The notes beneath the pieces are model-generated. The model ran no database searches. It saw only the letters and a list, made by a program, of their open reading frames with translations, and was not told the DNA's origin. Shown here one piece after another: positions 29,404-39,267 of a stretch of DNA of 64,000 nucleotides. The stretch comes from an uncultured Verrucomicrobiae bacterium (GTDB lineage Bacteria; Verrucomicrobiota; Verrucomicrobiia; Chthoniobacterales; JAFAMB01): contig CAVXLD010000007.1 of NCBI GenBank assembly GCA_963762565.1, positions 416,001 to 480,000 of the forward strand, in the 5' to 3' direction. The position numbers and the translations under genes were made by a program. Numbering within the stretch: position 1 is the stretch's first letter; the number at the start of each line of letters is the position of its first letter.

Positions 29404-30177
29404 ATGCCCCGTTTAGACATTTCCATGCCTACGTCTAAAGAAGAACGACTGTCTCCTAAACGAATTGTTCTCGATTCTCTCGATCAGAATCGGGCAATCG
29501 ATCAGGAAGAATACAAGGAAAAGCTGAAAGATTATCAGCTAACTTTGCTAAACCTGCAGCGTGCTTTGACGGAGACTAAGCACTCGGTGATAATCGTGAT
29601 TGAAGGACCGGATGCAGCCGGTAAAGGTGGTGCCATCCGGCGATTAGTGGAGAGGTTAGACCCGCGGCATTATCGGGTTTACTCGATTGTGAAACCGACT
29701 CAGGAGGAATATAAGCACCATTATCTTTGGCGTTTTTGGAACAAACTTCCTGGCTACGGCCAAATGGTGATCTTCGACCGGTCCTGGTACGGCCGACTCC
29801 TGGTCGAAAGAGTCGAAGGATTCGCTACCGGACCCGAATGGAAGCGCGCCTATCGAGAAATCAACGAGTTTGAGCGGACGTTGGTCGATGACGGAGCGGT
29901 GATTATTAAACTTTATCTCCACATCACAAAGGACGAGCAATTAAACCGTTTTAAGAGCCGGGAAGCAGACCCGCTCAAACACTGGAAGATCACTGACGAA
30001 GATTGGCGCAATCGGCGGCATTGGGATGATCATAATCACGCCGCTGAGGACATGTTTGCGGAGACCTCGACGAGTGCGGCTCCGTGGACCGTGGTGGAAG
30101 CAAACTACAAATGGTATGCCCGGCTGAAAGTCCTCAAGGCAACGATCAAGGCCATCGAATCGCTAGATTTTAAGTAA
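29404..30177 (+). CDS. ppk2: Polyphosphate kinase 2 family
   Basis: EGPDAAGKGG, YLWRFW, FDRSWYGR.LVERVEG, EINEFE, WKITDEDWRNR. Confidence 0.92.
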   Translation: MPRLDISMPTSKEERLSPKRIVLDSLDQNRAIDQEEYKEKLKDYQLTLLNLQRALTETKHSVIIVIEGPDAAGKGGAIRRLVERLDPRHYRVYSIVKPTQEEYKHHYLWRFWNKLPGYGQMVIFDRSWYGRLLVERVEGFATGPEWKRAYREINEFERTLVDDGAVIIKLYLHITKDEQLNRFKSREADPLKHWKITDEDWRNRRHWDDHNHAAEDMFAETSTSAAPWTVVEANYKWYARLKVLKATIKAIESLDFK

Positions 30178-30198
30178 TCGCGAATGGACGTCTGGCGC

Positions 30199-30320
30199 GG
30201 GAGGGCGCGCGTCCCCGCGCGCCGCGAGGATATACCTTAGCCCAAGGGTGTATTTTCCCCGGTGATTAGAACACGTGCTCGGCTTCGTTAACAGCGGATC
30301 GCGAGGACGCGATCCCTCCC
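30199..30320. repeat. REP/REPIN-like element, family C
   Basis: GGGAGGGCGCGCGTCCCCGCG ... CGCGAGGACGCGATCCCTCCC. Confidence 0.8.
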
Positions 30321-30334
30321 GGGCGAAGTCTAGG

Positions 30335-30739
30335 TCAAATGTCCGTTCCTCCAACACTACGGACAGAGACGTGGATGTTATAGGGCGGTACCTCGTCAAA
30401 CGCGTCCGGACGAAGGCTGAGCAAACGCTCACGAATCTGAAAAAGGTGCTGTAAATCAAGGCCTTCAACCTTGATTTCGCCGGTGGAAAAGATTGCGCTC
30501 AAGCGGGGTTGCGGGTTGTCGACGATTTCGATGCTAAGGAGATCGTTGAGGAAAAGGCTGACCTGGACCTGCGTCTGGGTGGATTGCTGGCTGCGGGCGG
30601 TGATCGGTATTTTGTCCATAAGCACTGAAGGGGAAACAGCCGGGAGCCAGAATCCAGGCGCCAGGAGGCGGTTGGGTAACGCTGGCGCCACAAGGGCAGT
30701 CACCTCTTCGTACGGTAAGTCAGTATTCAATACCATCAC
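30335..30739 (-). CDS. Hypothetical protein
   Basis: 134-aa ORF with plausible composition; no recognised motif. Confidence 0.45.
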   Translation of the reverse strand: MMVLNTDLPYEEVTALVAPALPNRLLAPGFWLPAVSPSVLMDKIPITARSQQSTQTQVQVSLFLNDLLSIEIVDNPQPRLSAIFSTGEIKVEGLDLQHLFQIRERLLSLRPDAFDEVPPYNIHVSVRSVGGTDI

Positions 30740-30951
30740 GCGTCGGCAACCCCAACCTCTGGTTTCAGCTCACCGTGTTGTCGGCGCTGACGGCGTTGAC
30801 GGCGTTTCCTGCAGGGTGACTCACTGGTCCCGTGTCTGGGATTTCATGTTCCCGATTTTGGGACGATTCTTGGTACCTCTGGACCATGCTCTTGATGCTA
30901 AGATAGCGTAACTTATTCGTAATGAAATAGTTACGAGCAATTACCTTACCT

Positions 30952-30967
30952 TGGCACGGGGCTTGCG
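30952..30967 (+). promoter_or_regulatory. Sigma-54-type -24/-12 promoter TGGCACGGGGCTTGCG
   Basis: Matches TGGCAC-N5-TTGC with exact GG-N10-GC spacing; intergenic; 22 nt before a small ORF. Confidence 0.65.
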
Positions 30968-30988
30968 TTAGGAAGAGAACGTAGCCCC

Positions 30989-31114
30989 ATGAACGAATTC
31001 AAAACCGGACTCTTAATGCTGTTGGTTTGCGCAGCCTTTTATGTGCTGGCAGATCCGAGAGTCTGGGGAGGATTGTGCCAATTGGTTGGCCATCTGATGG
31101 GAGGAGCTAACTGA
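30989..31114 (+). CDS. Small hydrophobic protein, 41 aa (MNEFKTGLLMLLVCAAFYVLADPRVWGGLCQLVGHLMGGAN)
   Basis: Manual translation; below the ORF-track length cutoff; preceded by the sigma-54 motif. Confidence 0.5.
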   Translation: MNEFKTGLLMLLVCAAFYVLADPRVWGGLCQLVGHLMGGAN

Positions 31115-31380
31115 GAGCGAGTCTTTATGCGCGTTGTGTCCAACCCGTTTTCAGGAATGCACTCCCGTTGCCGTCTGAGCAGTCTTTGGGAACGGCAGCG
31201 CCAGATCGGGGCAAATTTTTCCACGGTTGTCTGCGAAGGTTTTGAGGCAGTTAACGTCTGCGGGGGGCCATGCCTCGGAGCTTTCAAGGCAGGCGGCCGG
31301 GTAACCTGTTTGTTGCCCGGCCGCTACCAAACCGCCGCGCTCAGATATCTGGGGATTTCTGAGCGCGGGACTCTTTATTC

Positions 31381-31578
31381 CAGGAGCTAGGAGCTAGAAT
31401 CTAGGAGCTAGGAGAGGCGTTTGCAGCGGAGCGGATCCGCTGGATAGCAAACGGCTTCAGGGGTGGAACGGATGGGACCTATAGGACCTATGGGACTAAT
31501 ATGACTGGCGGACCACGCGCGGGAACGCCTTTATGCCGATCGGCTCTCCTAGCTCCTAGATTCTAGCTCCTAGCTCCT
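31381..31578. repeat. Inverted heptamer arms (GGAGCTA)n ... (TAGCTCC)n enclosing GGGACCTAT nonamers
   Basis: Arms at 31381-31413 and 31545-31578. Confidence 0.85.
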
Positions 31579-31627
31579 GCGCTGATTACTGAACCTACAG
31601 ATTACTTCAGTCGCGACCGCTCCTCGC

Positions 31628-32806
31628 TCACAGTGTCTCTGGATTCTCCAGTAAGGCCACGAGCCGACTAATCAGCTTCCCAGAGGCGCCGCCGTCGATA
31701 ACGCGATGATCAAAGGTCACGGTGAGGTCCGCCATCTGTTTCGGCTTGAATTGGGAGGTTGCGTCGTCCCAGACAGGGCGTTTTTCTCCGCGCCCTAAAC
31801 CGACGATCAAGGTTTCGGTCGGCTGCGGGATAGGCGTTCCCCAGGTGATTCCAAGCGGACCGAAATTCGTCACAGAAGCAATTGCGCCTTCTCTGGCGTC
31901 TTCGGGCAGCCGGCGGGTTCTCGCTGCCGCCACTAGTTGCTGGTATTTCTCTCCAAGCTCAGAGAGGGGCTCTTTATCGAGGCTGTTTAACACAGGAACA
32001 ACCACTCCTTCATCGACCTCGACAGCCACACCGATATCGATTGATTTGGGGAGCACCAATTGGTCTCCGATGATGCGCGCGGCTAATTTGGGGTTTTCCG
32101 CGAGAGCGACAGCGATCGCTTTGGCGACGTACAGTGCGGGACCGGGCGGGACGCTAAACTGTTTGCGGTGCGCGAGGATTGCCTCGAGGGAAAAAGCGAC
32201 TCCGATGGTGCAAAGAGGCCGGCTCCAGCTGCGGCGCATCGCGTCTGAGATCGCTAAACGCAGGCCGGTTGCCTTTTGAGTAGGGTGCTCTTCAAGCTCA
32301 GCCAGATACTTCTCCACGTCATTTGCTGTCACCCGGCCGTTTTTGCCGGTTCCCGGAACCAAAGACAGATCCTGTTGTTGCCAGCCGAGCTGATCAGCCG
32401 TTGAACGGACTCGCGGTGAAACAAAGGGGCCGCCGCTTTTCGCCGGCATCATCGGGATGGTAATGGTCGGCATGGCCGGCGGCGTACCCTGGTGCGCATC
32501 GAATGTTGCCGGCATCTCCGAAGGCGCCTCACTCACTGATGCCCCAAGGCGTTCGGCGTCTTCCTCGGAAGCTTCAATATATCCGAGAATCGTGCCGTTT
32601 GCATAAGTCTGGTTCACTTCCGCGGTGAACTCCGCGATCACGCCGTTACACGGGGTGGTAACACCCATAACGGCTTTATTGGTTTCGACTTCGATAATTT
32701 CCTGGTCGCTGGTAACCGCCTCTCCTGCCTGCACATTAAAACGGAGGACGGTAGCCTCGGCGACAGACTCACCAAGCTGCGGCATGATGATCGGGACTTT
32801 GGGCAT
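31628..32806 (-). CDS. 2-oxoacid dehydrogenase E2, dihydrolipoamide acyltransferase
   Basis: Lipoyl domain MPQLGES...VETNKA, E3-binding GTGKNGRVT..DV, catalytic FDHRVIDG. Confidence 0.92.
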   Translation of the reverse strand: MPKVPIIMPQLGESVAEATVLRFNVQAGEAVTSDQEIIEVETNKAVMGVTTPCNGVIAEFTAEVNQTYANGTILGYIEASEEDAERLGASVSEAPSEMPATFDAHQGTPPAMPTITIPMMPAKSGGPFVSPRVRSTADQLGWQQQDLSLVPGTGKNGRVTANDVEKYLAELEEHPTQKATGLRLAISDAMRRSWSRPLCTIGVAFSLEAILAHRKQFSVPPGPALYVAKAIAVALAENPKLAARIIGDQLVLPKSIDIGVAVEVDEGVVVPVLNSLDKEPLSELGEKYQQLVAAARTRRLPEDAREGAIASVTNFGPLGITWGTPIPQPTETLIVGLGRGEKRPVWDDATSQFKPKQMADLTVTFDHRVIDGGASGKLISRLVALLENPETL

Positions 32807-32860
32807 ATAGATTAAAACGTATCGGCGTGTCGGTCTTTGGAGATATCGGCGTAAGAAAAG

Positions 32861-33829
32861 TTACCACTCTAACATTTGTCGAACCTTCTTTACTATCGTG
32901 GCGGTAGAAGGTCGATGAGCCAGCCATAGATCCGGGTGATACGGAATCGGCGTGTCTCGGCAATTCAATCGTTCTGGAGGCGAGTCGAGTAAATGAAATC
33001 CTTTGCTGGCGACGCGAGCGATGAGCTCTGCATTAACTCCTCCCCACGGCCAGCCTTCGCTCACGCTAAGGAGATGACCTGTCCGGGCCACCGATTGCAG
33101 AATTGTCTCGGTGTCGAGCGGTTTGACGGTTCTTAGATCAATGACCTCGATATCGATTCCCACTTTTTCGAGTTCGGCGGCCGCCGCCAAGGAGTCGTAC
33201 AGAGTGGCAGAATAAGAGACTACGGTGAGATCTTTTCCAGGACGGCGGCATAGAGCTTTGCCGGCAGAGAACGAAACTTCTTCCGGAAGCCGCTCTGCCT
33301 TGACCCGGTTGTAGAGGAATTTGTGTTCGCAGTACAGGACCGGGTCATCGAGGGCGATAGCCTCAAGCAACAAGTTATAGGCATCCTCGACGGTCGCCGG
33401 CGTCATAATAATCAACCCGGGGAAATGGGCATACAATGATTCCAGGGACTGGCTATGGAACGGCCCGGCTCCCGGATTACCTCCGTTTGGAAGGCGGATC
33501 GTGATCGGCAAGGAAACGCCAGTCCGATAGAAATAGGCGCCCGCCTGGTTGACGATCTGGTTAAAGCCGTTTGCCGAGAAATCAGCGAACTGCATTTCCA
33601 CAATGGGGCGCATCCCTTCCAGGCTCGCACCGATCGCGCTGCCGACCATGGCATCCTCGCTGATAGGCGAATCCAAGACTCGCCCGGGGAACTCTCTTGC
33701 CAAATTCTTAGTGGCCTTGAAAGCTCCGCCGTAGGGGCCCACATCCTGTCCGTAGATGTATACGTTCGGATTTTCGCGTAGGGCCTTGGCTTGAGCTTCC
33801 CGAATTGCTTCGAGATAAGTGATGCTCAT
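32861..33829 (-). CDS. 2-oxoacid dehydrogenase E1 beta subunit
   Basis: GQDVG..GGAF, DSPISE, EMQFADF, GPFHSQ, IDLRTVKPLD; start ATG 33829 overlaps the alpha stop. Confidence 0.92.
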   Translation of the reverse strand: MSITYLEAIREAQAKALRENPNVYIYGQDVGPYGGAFKATKNLAREFPGRVLDSPISEDAMVGSAIGASLEGMRPIVEMQFADFSANGFNQIVNQAGAYFYRTGVSLPITIRLPNGGNPGAGPFHSQSLESLYAHFPGLIIMTPATVEDAYNLLLEAIALDDPVLYCEHKFLYNRVKAERLPEEVSFSAGKALCRRPGKDLTVVSYSATLYDSLAAAAELEKVGIDIEVIDLRTVKPLDTETILQSVARTGHLLSVSEGWPWGGVNAELIARVASKGFHLLDSPPERLNCRDTPIPYHPDLWLAHRPSTATIVKKVRQMLEW

Positions 33830-34860
33830 TCTGCGTACTCTTGGTCGATTAAGTGAGTGGACGCTAACGAGTGCCAATCTTCTTCCGCAGGATCTGGAGC
33901 TGGTTCGCGTTGTACCTGTTGAAGCGTGTCTTCCACTTGGGCTTTGGCTTGCTGCCGCCACTCTTGTAGCGTGACTTCGTCGGCCCAACCCTGTTCCACA
34001 ACGAAGGCTTGGGCCACCCCGACACAATCACGGCCCTCTGGACTAGCCAAGAGATCTTTGTCCATATAAAAACCATCATCGTGCTCAGCGTGGCCGGAGA
34101 GGCGAACATTTGTGGCTACGACCATCTGGACGCCGAATCCCGAGCGAGCACGTTCGACGGCATGACTAGCGACTTCGAGGCACTCTTTGAGGTCCGTACC
34201 ATCCATGCTGTAACCTTCAACGCCATAACCGATGGCTCGATCCACCAAATCATGACAGGCAAACTGGCGATCGTTAGGCGTTGAATAGGCGTAATGGTTG
34301 TTGGTCACCGTCATCACCAGGGGCACGCGTTCGACAGCCGCCTGGTTAAGTCCTTCGTGAAAAGAGCCGGTCGAACTACCCCCGTCGCCGATGGACGTGG
34401 CGCCGACAAAGCCTGTCTCACCTCGCATTCGTCGCGCCATTAAAGCGCCCGTTACCAGGGATACGGAAGCGCCGAGATGGCTAACCATGGGGTAGGTCCG
34501 TTCTCTGGGGCGTCCTTGGTGGACATTACCATCCCGGCCTCGCATCGGTCCGGTTTTCTTGCCCAGATAGGTTCGCAGAATATCGAAGAGAGACTCGCCA
34601 AAAGCGAGCCGGCCGGCTTGGTCTCGAATCAAAGGAGCAAAAGTATCGCCGGGTCGCAGATTCACCCCAACTGCCGCACTCACTGCCTCTTGACCTCTGC
34701 CCAGATAGCAGCCCCCAGCGATTTTCCCGGCGTGCCACAGAGCAGCCACTTTGTCTTCCACAGTTCGTGCCAGCAGCATCCATTTGAATGCGCTGACGTA
34801 TTGCTCCTTGAACCCTAAACGGATGGTTTCACTCTCGAGTTCCCTGAGGGTGTTCAGCAT
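33826..34860 (-). CDS. 2-oxoacid dehydrogenase E1 alpha subunit
   Basis: GQEA, TPP motif GDG...NN, RLSGHAEHD. Confidence 0.92.
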   Translation of the reverse strand: MLNTLRELESETIRLGFKEQYVSAFKWMLLARTVEDKVAALWHAGKIAGGCYLGRGQEAVSAAVGVNLRPGDTFAPLIRDQAGRLAFGESLFDILRTYLGKKTGPMRGRDGNVHQGRPRERTYPMVSHLGASVSLVTGALMARRMRGETGFVGATSIGDGGSSTGSFHEGLNQAAVERVPLVMTVTNNHYAYSTPNDRQFACHDLVDRAIGYGVEGYSMDGTDLKECLEVASHAVERARSGFGVQMVVATNVRLSGHAEHDDGFYMDKDLLASPEGRDCVGVAQAFVVEQGWADEVTLQEWRQQAKAQVEDTLQQVQREPAPDPAEEDWHSLASTHLIDQEYAE

Positions 34861-34904
34861 CAGGAACGAATATCAGCATAATGGTAAATCATGCAAGGTT
34901 TTCG

Positions 34905-35200
34905 GTTTGGTGTTGGCGTTCGGCGTTTTGCGTTTTGCGCTCGGCGTTCGGCGTTCGGCGTGTTGGCGTTTGGCGAAGCGCTCCGTAGGAGGAGAATATT
35001 TGTAGCTATGCCACGACGATCCGTAATGAGCTCCGTCAGGAGCGGCATACGGTTCAAGCGTCCTCATAAGCCTTGAACGCTTTGAGACGCGCCAGATGTC
35101 GCTCCCTCGGAGCAGTTCGTCATCATGGACATCGAAGGCTACAAATATTCCCTCCCATGGAGCTGCTTACCCGACACGCCGAACGCCGAACGCCAAACGC
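34905..35200. repeat. Inverted heptamer arms (GGCGTTC)n ... (GAACGCC)n
   Basis: Arms at about 34905-34975 and 35172-35200, with an inner GCTCC..GGAGC hairpin. Confidence 0.8.
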
Positions 35201-35292
35201 TCCCTGGCACGATTGGCGCTGCAAAAACGCTACTGATGCCAGCAATGAACAGAGCTGCAACCCAGTATCCGAGCCATTCGTTGACTACTGGA

Positions 35293-35321
35293 TTGATAGC
35301 CGGCTCGGACCTGGGTATAGT
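35293..35321 (+). promoter_or_regulatory. Sigma-70-like promoter TTGATA-N17-TATAGT upstream of arc
   Basis: 5/6 matches at both boxes, 17-bp spacer, 30 nt before the ATG. Confidence 0.55.
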
Positions 35322-35351
35322 CTGTATCAGCGGAGTGATTAAGAAGTACAA

Positions 35352-37025
35352 ATGAACGAAGAACGAGCACCCGAGTACGGTGGTTACAGTTCCGAGCCCG
35401 CAACTCCTCTCGAGATCTTAGAGAGAATCGTAGCAAGTCTTCCACCCGGTGACCCAACACGCAGCGAGATAATCGGCCTGAGGTCGAGCGTGGCGGAACA
35501 GGAAGAAGTGATTCAAGAGGCGCGGCAAACGATAGAAAAACTGGACGAAGTGATCAAAAAAGTCACTTCGCCGGCGAATCGGATCGGAACTTACCTTGGT
35601 AGCCCCAACAAAGAAACTGCCCAGATCGTCGTAGGTGGTTCCGATTACTATTGCAACGTCGATCCCCGGATCAACATCAACAAGTTAAAGAAAGGGACCC
35701 GCGTCTTGGTGAACGAGGCGTACGTCATCGTCGGAGACCTCGGATACGATCTTGCTGGGCCTGTCACCAAGGTCACGGAAATTCTTAGCAGTGATCGCTT
35801 GCGGGTAGGCCAAGAGCATGGCGTCCAGTCCATTGTGCTGCAGCGGTCTCAGGACCTCCTCAAAACCAATCTCAAAGTTGGCGATGAGGTAAGAGTGGAC
35901 TCGAACTTTAGGATTGCGATCGAGGTTTTAAGCCGGCCGACTACTCAGGATTACTACTTAGAGGCAGTACCGGAGATTTCTTGGAGTATGGTGGGAGGTC
36001 AGGAAGAAGCGCTCAGTGCGATCAAGGACGCGATCGAGTTGCCGCTATTGCATGCGGATCTCTTCTCCAAGTTCCAGCATCAAACTCCAAAGGGATTTCT
36101 GCTTTATGGACCGCCGGGGTGCGGAAAAACGCTGCTGGGGAAAGCGACAGCCTACAACCTGACAAAACAGCTCAAGGAAAAAACGGGCGAAGACATGCAG
36201 CAGTTCTTCATGCACATCAAAGGGCCGGAGATTCTGAATATGTGGGTGGGAGAATCGGAACGTCAGGTGCGCGAGATCTTCAATACGGCCAGGGAAAAGC
36301 GGAAAGAAGGCTTTATGCCGTTCATCTTTATCGACGAAGCCGAGAGTATTCTGGGTACGCGTCGAGCCGGCCGGTACTCGAGTATCCTCTCAACCTTGGT
36401 GCCGATGTTTTGCACCGAGATGGACGGGATCGAATCCTTAAACGAAGTGGTGATTATCTTGGCTTCGAACCGAGCGGATTTGATCGACCCGGCGATTCTG
36501 CGCCCAGGTCGAATCGATCGAAAGATAAAGGTGAGCCGGCCAGATCGAGCGTCCGCTTACGACATCTACAAGATCTATCTCACTGAAGATTTACCTTATG
36601 ATCCGGAGCTGGTAGAACAGAAGGGCGAGATCGAGGTGGTGGTCGACTATCTAGTCACGAAAGTGGTCGACGCTCAGTTCGCCAGAAAAGAAGAGAACCG
36701 GTTCTTGGAAATCACGCTAAGAAGTGGAAAGCGAGAGACGCTGTATAGGGGAGACCTGGTTAGCGGCGCCATTATCGCATCGGTGGTGGAGCGAGCGAAG
36801 GAACTCGCCATCAAGCGTGCCATCAATACGATGCAAGAAGAAGGGATCAGTGAATCCGATCTGTTACTCTCGCTGAACACCGAGTATGCAGAGAACGATA
36901 TCTTTCCGCCTACCGATATCGTGGAAGACTGGTTGAAACTAATTGATTACGATTCCGAGAACGTGGTGAAGGTAGTGCCAGTTCGATCAGGACCAAAGAC
37001 GTCGAAAACTTCCGATGTTATTTAG
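35352..37025 (+). CDS. arc: Proteasome-associated AAA ATPase (ARC/Mpa family)
   Basis: N-terminal coiled coil and OB-fold region; DAIELPLLH.DLF, GPPGCGKT, IKGPEILNMWVGESERQVR, FIDE, SNRADLIDPAILRPGRID.KIK. Confidence 0.9.
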   Translation: MNEERAPEYGGYSSEPATPLEILERIVASLPPGDPTRSEIIGLRSSVAEQEEVIQEARQTIEKLDEVIKKVTSPANRIGTYLGSPNKETAQIVVGGSDYYCNVDPRININKLKKGTRVLVNEAYVIVGDLGYDLAGPVTKVTEILSSDRLRVGQEHGVQSIVLQRSQDLLKTNLKVGDEVRVDSNFRIAIEVLSRPTTQDYYLEAVPEISWSMVGGQEEALSAIKDAIELPLLHADLFSKFQHQTPKGFLLYGPPGCGKTLLGKATAYNLTKQLKEKTGEDMQQFFMHIKGPEILNMWVGESERQVREIFNTAREKRKEGFMPFIFIDEAESILGTRRAGRYSSILSTLVPMFCTEMDGIESLNEVVIILASNRADLIDPAILRPGRIDRKIKVSRPDRASAYDIYKIYLTEDLPYDPELVEQKGEIEVVVDYLVTKVVDAQFARKEENRFLEITLRSGKRETLYRGDLVSGAIIASVVERAKELAIKRAINTMQEEGISESDLLLSLNTEYAENDIFPPTDIVEDWLKLIDYDSENVVKVVPVRSGPKTSKTSDVI

Positions 37026-37059
37026 GGTCCAGTTCGCCACGGCGTAGAGCACATTCGAG

Positions 37060-38589
37060 ATGAATCGCGTTTTTGGTATCGAAACCGAATACGGCATTAC
37101 TGTAAACGGAGTCGAGAATGTCGACGTAGTTGCCGAGTCCATCGAGCTAGTGCGCTGCTATACCGAGCACGGCGCGTTAATGAAATGGGACTACAACTTA
37201 GAAGACCCGCATTTAGACGCGCGTGGATTCCGGGCGGACTCGTTAATGCAAGACACGGACGAGTCGGTTTACTATGAGCTGGATAAGAACCGGCCGCTTA
37301 GTTACGAGGAGATAAAGAGCGACCTGGTTCTAAGCAACGGAGCGCGTTTCTACAATGATCACGCTCATCCGGAATATTCGACTCCTGAATGCACACTGCT
37401 GGAGGACGTGGTTGCTCAAGACAAAGCCGGAGAGCGCATTCTAGCAGAATGCGTGCGCCGTCGTAACCGTAAGATCGCCCCGGAACGGGAAGTCCGGCTT
37501 TACAAGAATAACACCGATTTCGTGGGCCATAGCTATGGTTGTCATGACAACTACATCATGAGCCGTACTGTCCCGTGGGATCGCTTGGTGTCGGATGTCG
37601 TTCCATTCCTGGTTACTCGACAGATCTTTACGGGCGCGGGCAAACTTGGGATCGAGGGAGAGGGATCGGCGGGGCAACCCGGAGTCTTTCAGATTTCACA
37701 ACGAGCCGATTTTTTCAGCGTGTTGGTAAGTATCGACACGATGAACCGGCGACCCATCGTGAATACCCGGGACGAGCCCCACGCGGACCCGGGGAAATAT
37801 CGGCGCTTCCACGTGATCTTGGGCGACTCAAACATGAGCGAGTTCACGACCGCGATGAAGATCGGAACGATGTCGCTGGTGCTCGAGCTCATCGAGAAAC
37901 GAGAAGCACCGCAACTTGAAGTAGCGCAACCGATCGACGCCACTAAATCAATCAGCCGGGACCAGACTTTCAATTGGATAATCGAGTTGAAAGATGGCCG
38001 CAAGATTTCTGCCGTGGACGTTCAGCGGATGTATTTGGCTAAAGCGCTCAAGTATTGTGATCGATCGCAACCAGAGGTGAATTGGTTGCTGGTGGAGTGG
38101 GAAAATCTGCTGAACGATCTAGATGTCGACGCCATGCGGTGCGCTGATCGGGTCGATTGGGCCGCCAAGAAATATCTGCTGAACGCCTTCCAAGAGAGTG
38201 AGAATCTGGATTGGTCCGATCCGTGGCTACAATCGATCGATCTCGAATACCACAACATTACTTGGGAACAGGGGTTGCACTTTGAGCTGGTCAGGCAAGG
38301 CCGCATGCGCCGGCTGCTGACAGAAGACGCAATCAAGAACGCGATCTTTGGTCCTCCCGAGACGACTCGGGCCTTCTTCCGAGGCCGGGCCGTGGCGCGT
38401 TTCACTTCACAGATCCAGACGATTCATTGGGATGAAGTTGTGTTTGGTCATGACTCCACTCAAACGCGAGTGGCTTTCAATCACGCTTCAGAAGATGAAC
38501 GGCTGTACCAGCTGAACGAGATCATGCGAAACGCAACCACCTATGATGATCTGATCTATCGGATCCATAAGTTGGACCAAGGCGAGTAG
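37060..38589 (+). CDS. dop: Pup deamidase/depupylase (Dop; PafA/Dop family)
   Basis: GIETEYGI, NGARFYNDHAHPEYSTPEC, KNNTD..GHSYGCHDNY, SQRADF, RPIVNTRDEPHAD, RRFHVILGDSN, IDLEYH, PPETTRA. Confidence 0.88.
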   Translation: MNRVFGIETEYGITVNGVENVDVVAESIELVRCYTEHGALMKWDYNLEDPHLDARGFRADSLMQDTDESVYYELDKNRPLSYEEIKSDLVLSNGARFYNDHAHPEYSTPECTLLEDVVAQDKAGERILAECVRRRNRKIAPEREVRLYKNNTDFVGHSYGCHDNYIMSRTVPWDRLVSDVVPFLVTRQIFTGAGKLGIEGEGSAGQPGVFQISQRADFFSVLVSIDTMNRRPIVNTRDEPHADPGKYRRFHVILGDSNMSEFTTAMKIGTMSLVLELIEKREAPQLEVAQPIDATKSISRDQTFNWIIELKDGRKISAVDVQRMYLAKALKYCDRSQPEVNWLLVEWENLLNDLDVDAMRCADRVDWAAKKYLLNAFQESENLDWSDPWLQSIDLEYHNITWEQGLHFELVRQGRMRRLLTEDAIKNAIFGPPETTRAFFRGRAVARFTSQIQTIHWDEVVFGHDSTQTRVAFNHASEDERLYQLNEIMRNATTYDDLIYRIHKLDQGE

Positions 38590-38669
38590 GCACAGAATGT
38601 GAGACGTGAGAAGTGATTGGTGAGAGGTGATTGGTAGAGTCGGCATGACGCCGATTGGCCCCTGATCAA

Positions 38670-38782
38670 GGGAGGGCGCGCGTTCTCGCGCGCCGCGAGG
38701 ACCTTCCCGACATAAAGATGTGTCCAGGTCTTCGGTAGTCAGACGCGTCTAACTCCGACGGATCGCGGGAAGCGAGCCTCCC
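38670..38782. repeat. REP/REPIN-like element, family C (degenerate right end)
   Basis: GGGAGGGCGCGCGTTCTCGCG ... GATCGCGGGAAGCGAGCCTCCC. Confidence 0.7.
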
Positions 38783-38837
38783 GTGTTTTGTTTCTTTCTC
38801 GGAAACCTCTACGTCCTGTCAGAGTTTAATGAGGTGT

Positions 38838-39182
38838 ATGCGTGAGATCTTTACCAATCACCTCAAAAAATCAGGGATCAACCGGCTGGTCTGTGGCGGT
38901 TTGGCATCTTTGATGTTAGCAGGCGGTCTGGCACTCCAGCCAGCCGCAGTCGGCCAAGTTGTTATTAGCATAGCTCCCCCAGCTCCGATTGTTGAGACGA
39001 TTCCTCCGTCGCCGGGACCTACGTGGGTTTGGGTCCCCGGTTTCCATGAGTGGAGAGGCGGGCGTTATGTCTGGGTGAAGGGCCGTTACGCTCACCCGCC
39101 GCACCCTGGGCAGGTTTGGGTCGCTGGCCATTACGATAAGCATGGCAGAGGCTGGGTTTACGTAAACGGCCACTGGCGTTAA
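38838..39182 (+). CDS. Secreted YXWGXW-repeat protein
   Basis: Signal peptide, APPAP, WVWVPGFHEW, YVWVKGRY, VWVAGHY, WVYVNGHW; GAGGTG before ATG 38838. Confidence 0.85.
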   Translation: MREIFTNHLKKSGINRLVCGGLASLMLAGGLALQPAAVGQVVISIAPPAPIVETIPPSPGPTWVWVPGFHEWRGGRYVWVKGRYAHPPHPGQVWVAGHYDKHGRGWVYVNGHWR

Positions 39183-39195
39183 TCGCCTCTGCAAC

Positions 39196-39218
39196 GGGTC
39201 AGTAAGCCTGACCCTTTC
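39196..39218 (+). terminator. Possible intrinsic terminator
   Basis: GGGTCAG-taagc-CTGACCC stem followed by TTT; the U-tract is short. Confidence 0.45.
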
Positions 39219-39267
39219 ACACCTTCTCTTAGCGTAGCGAAGGGAATCGTATTAGGTTTCCTTTGCT

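Noticed and set aside
35204..35221. Sigma-54-like TGGCACGATTGGCGC upstream of arc
   Set aside because: The -12 box lacks TT, it abuts a repeat arm, and a better sigma-70-like promoter sits at 35293-35321.
38570..38589. Dop C-terminus ...DQGE as a fused Pup/UBact tail
   Set aside because: Only a two-residue match, with no preceding disordered Pup-like segment; the MFS protein here also ends in GE, so chance is sufficient.
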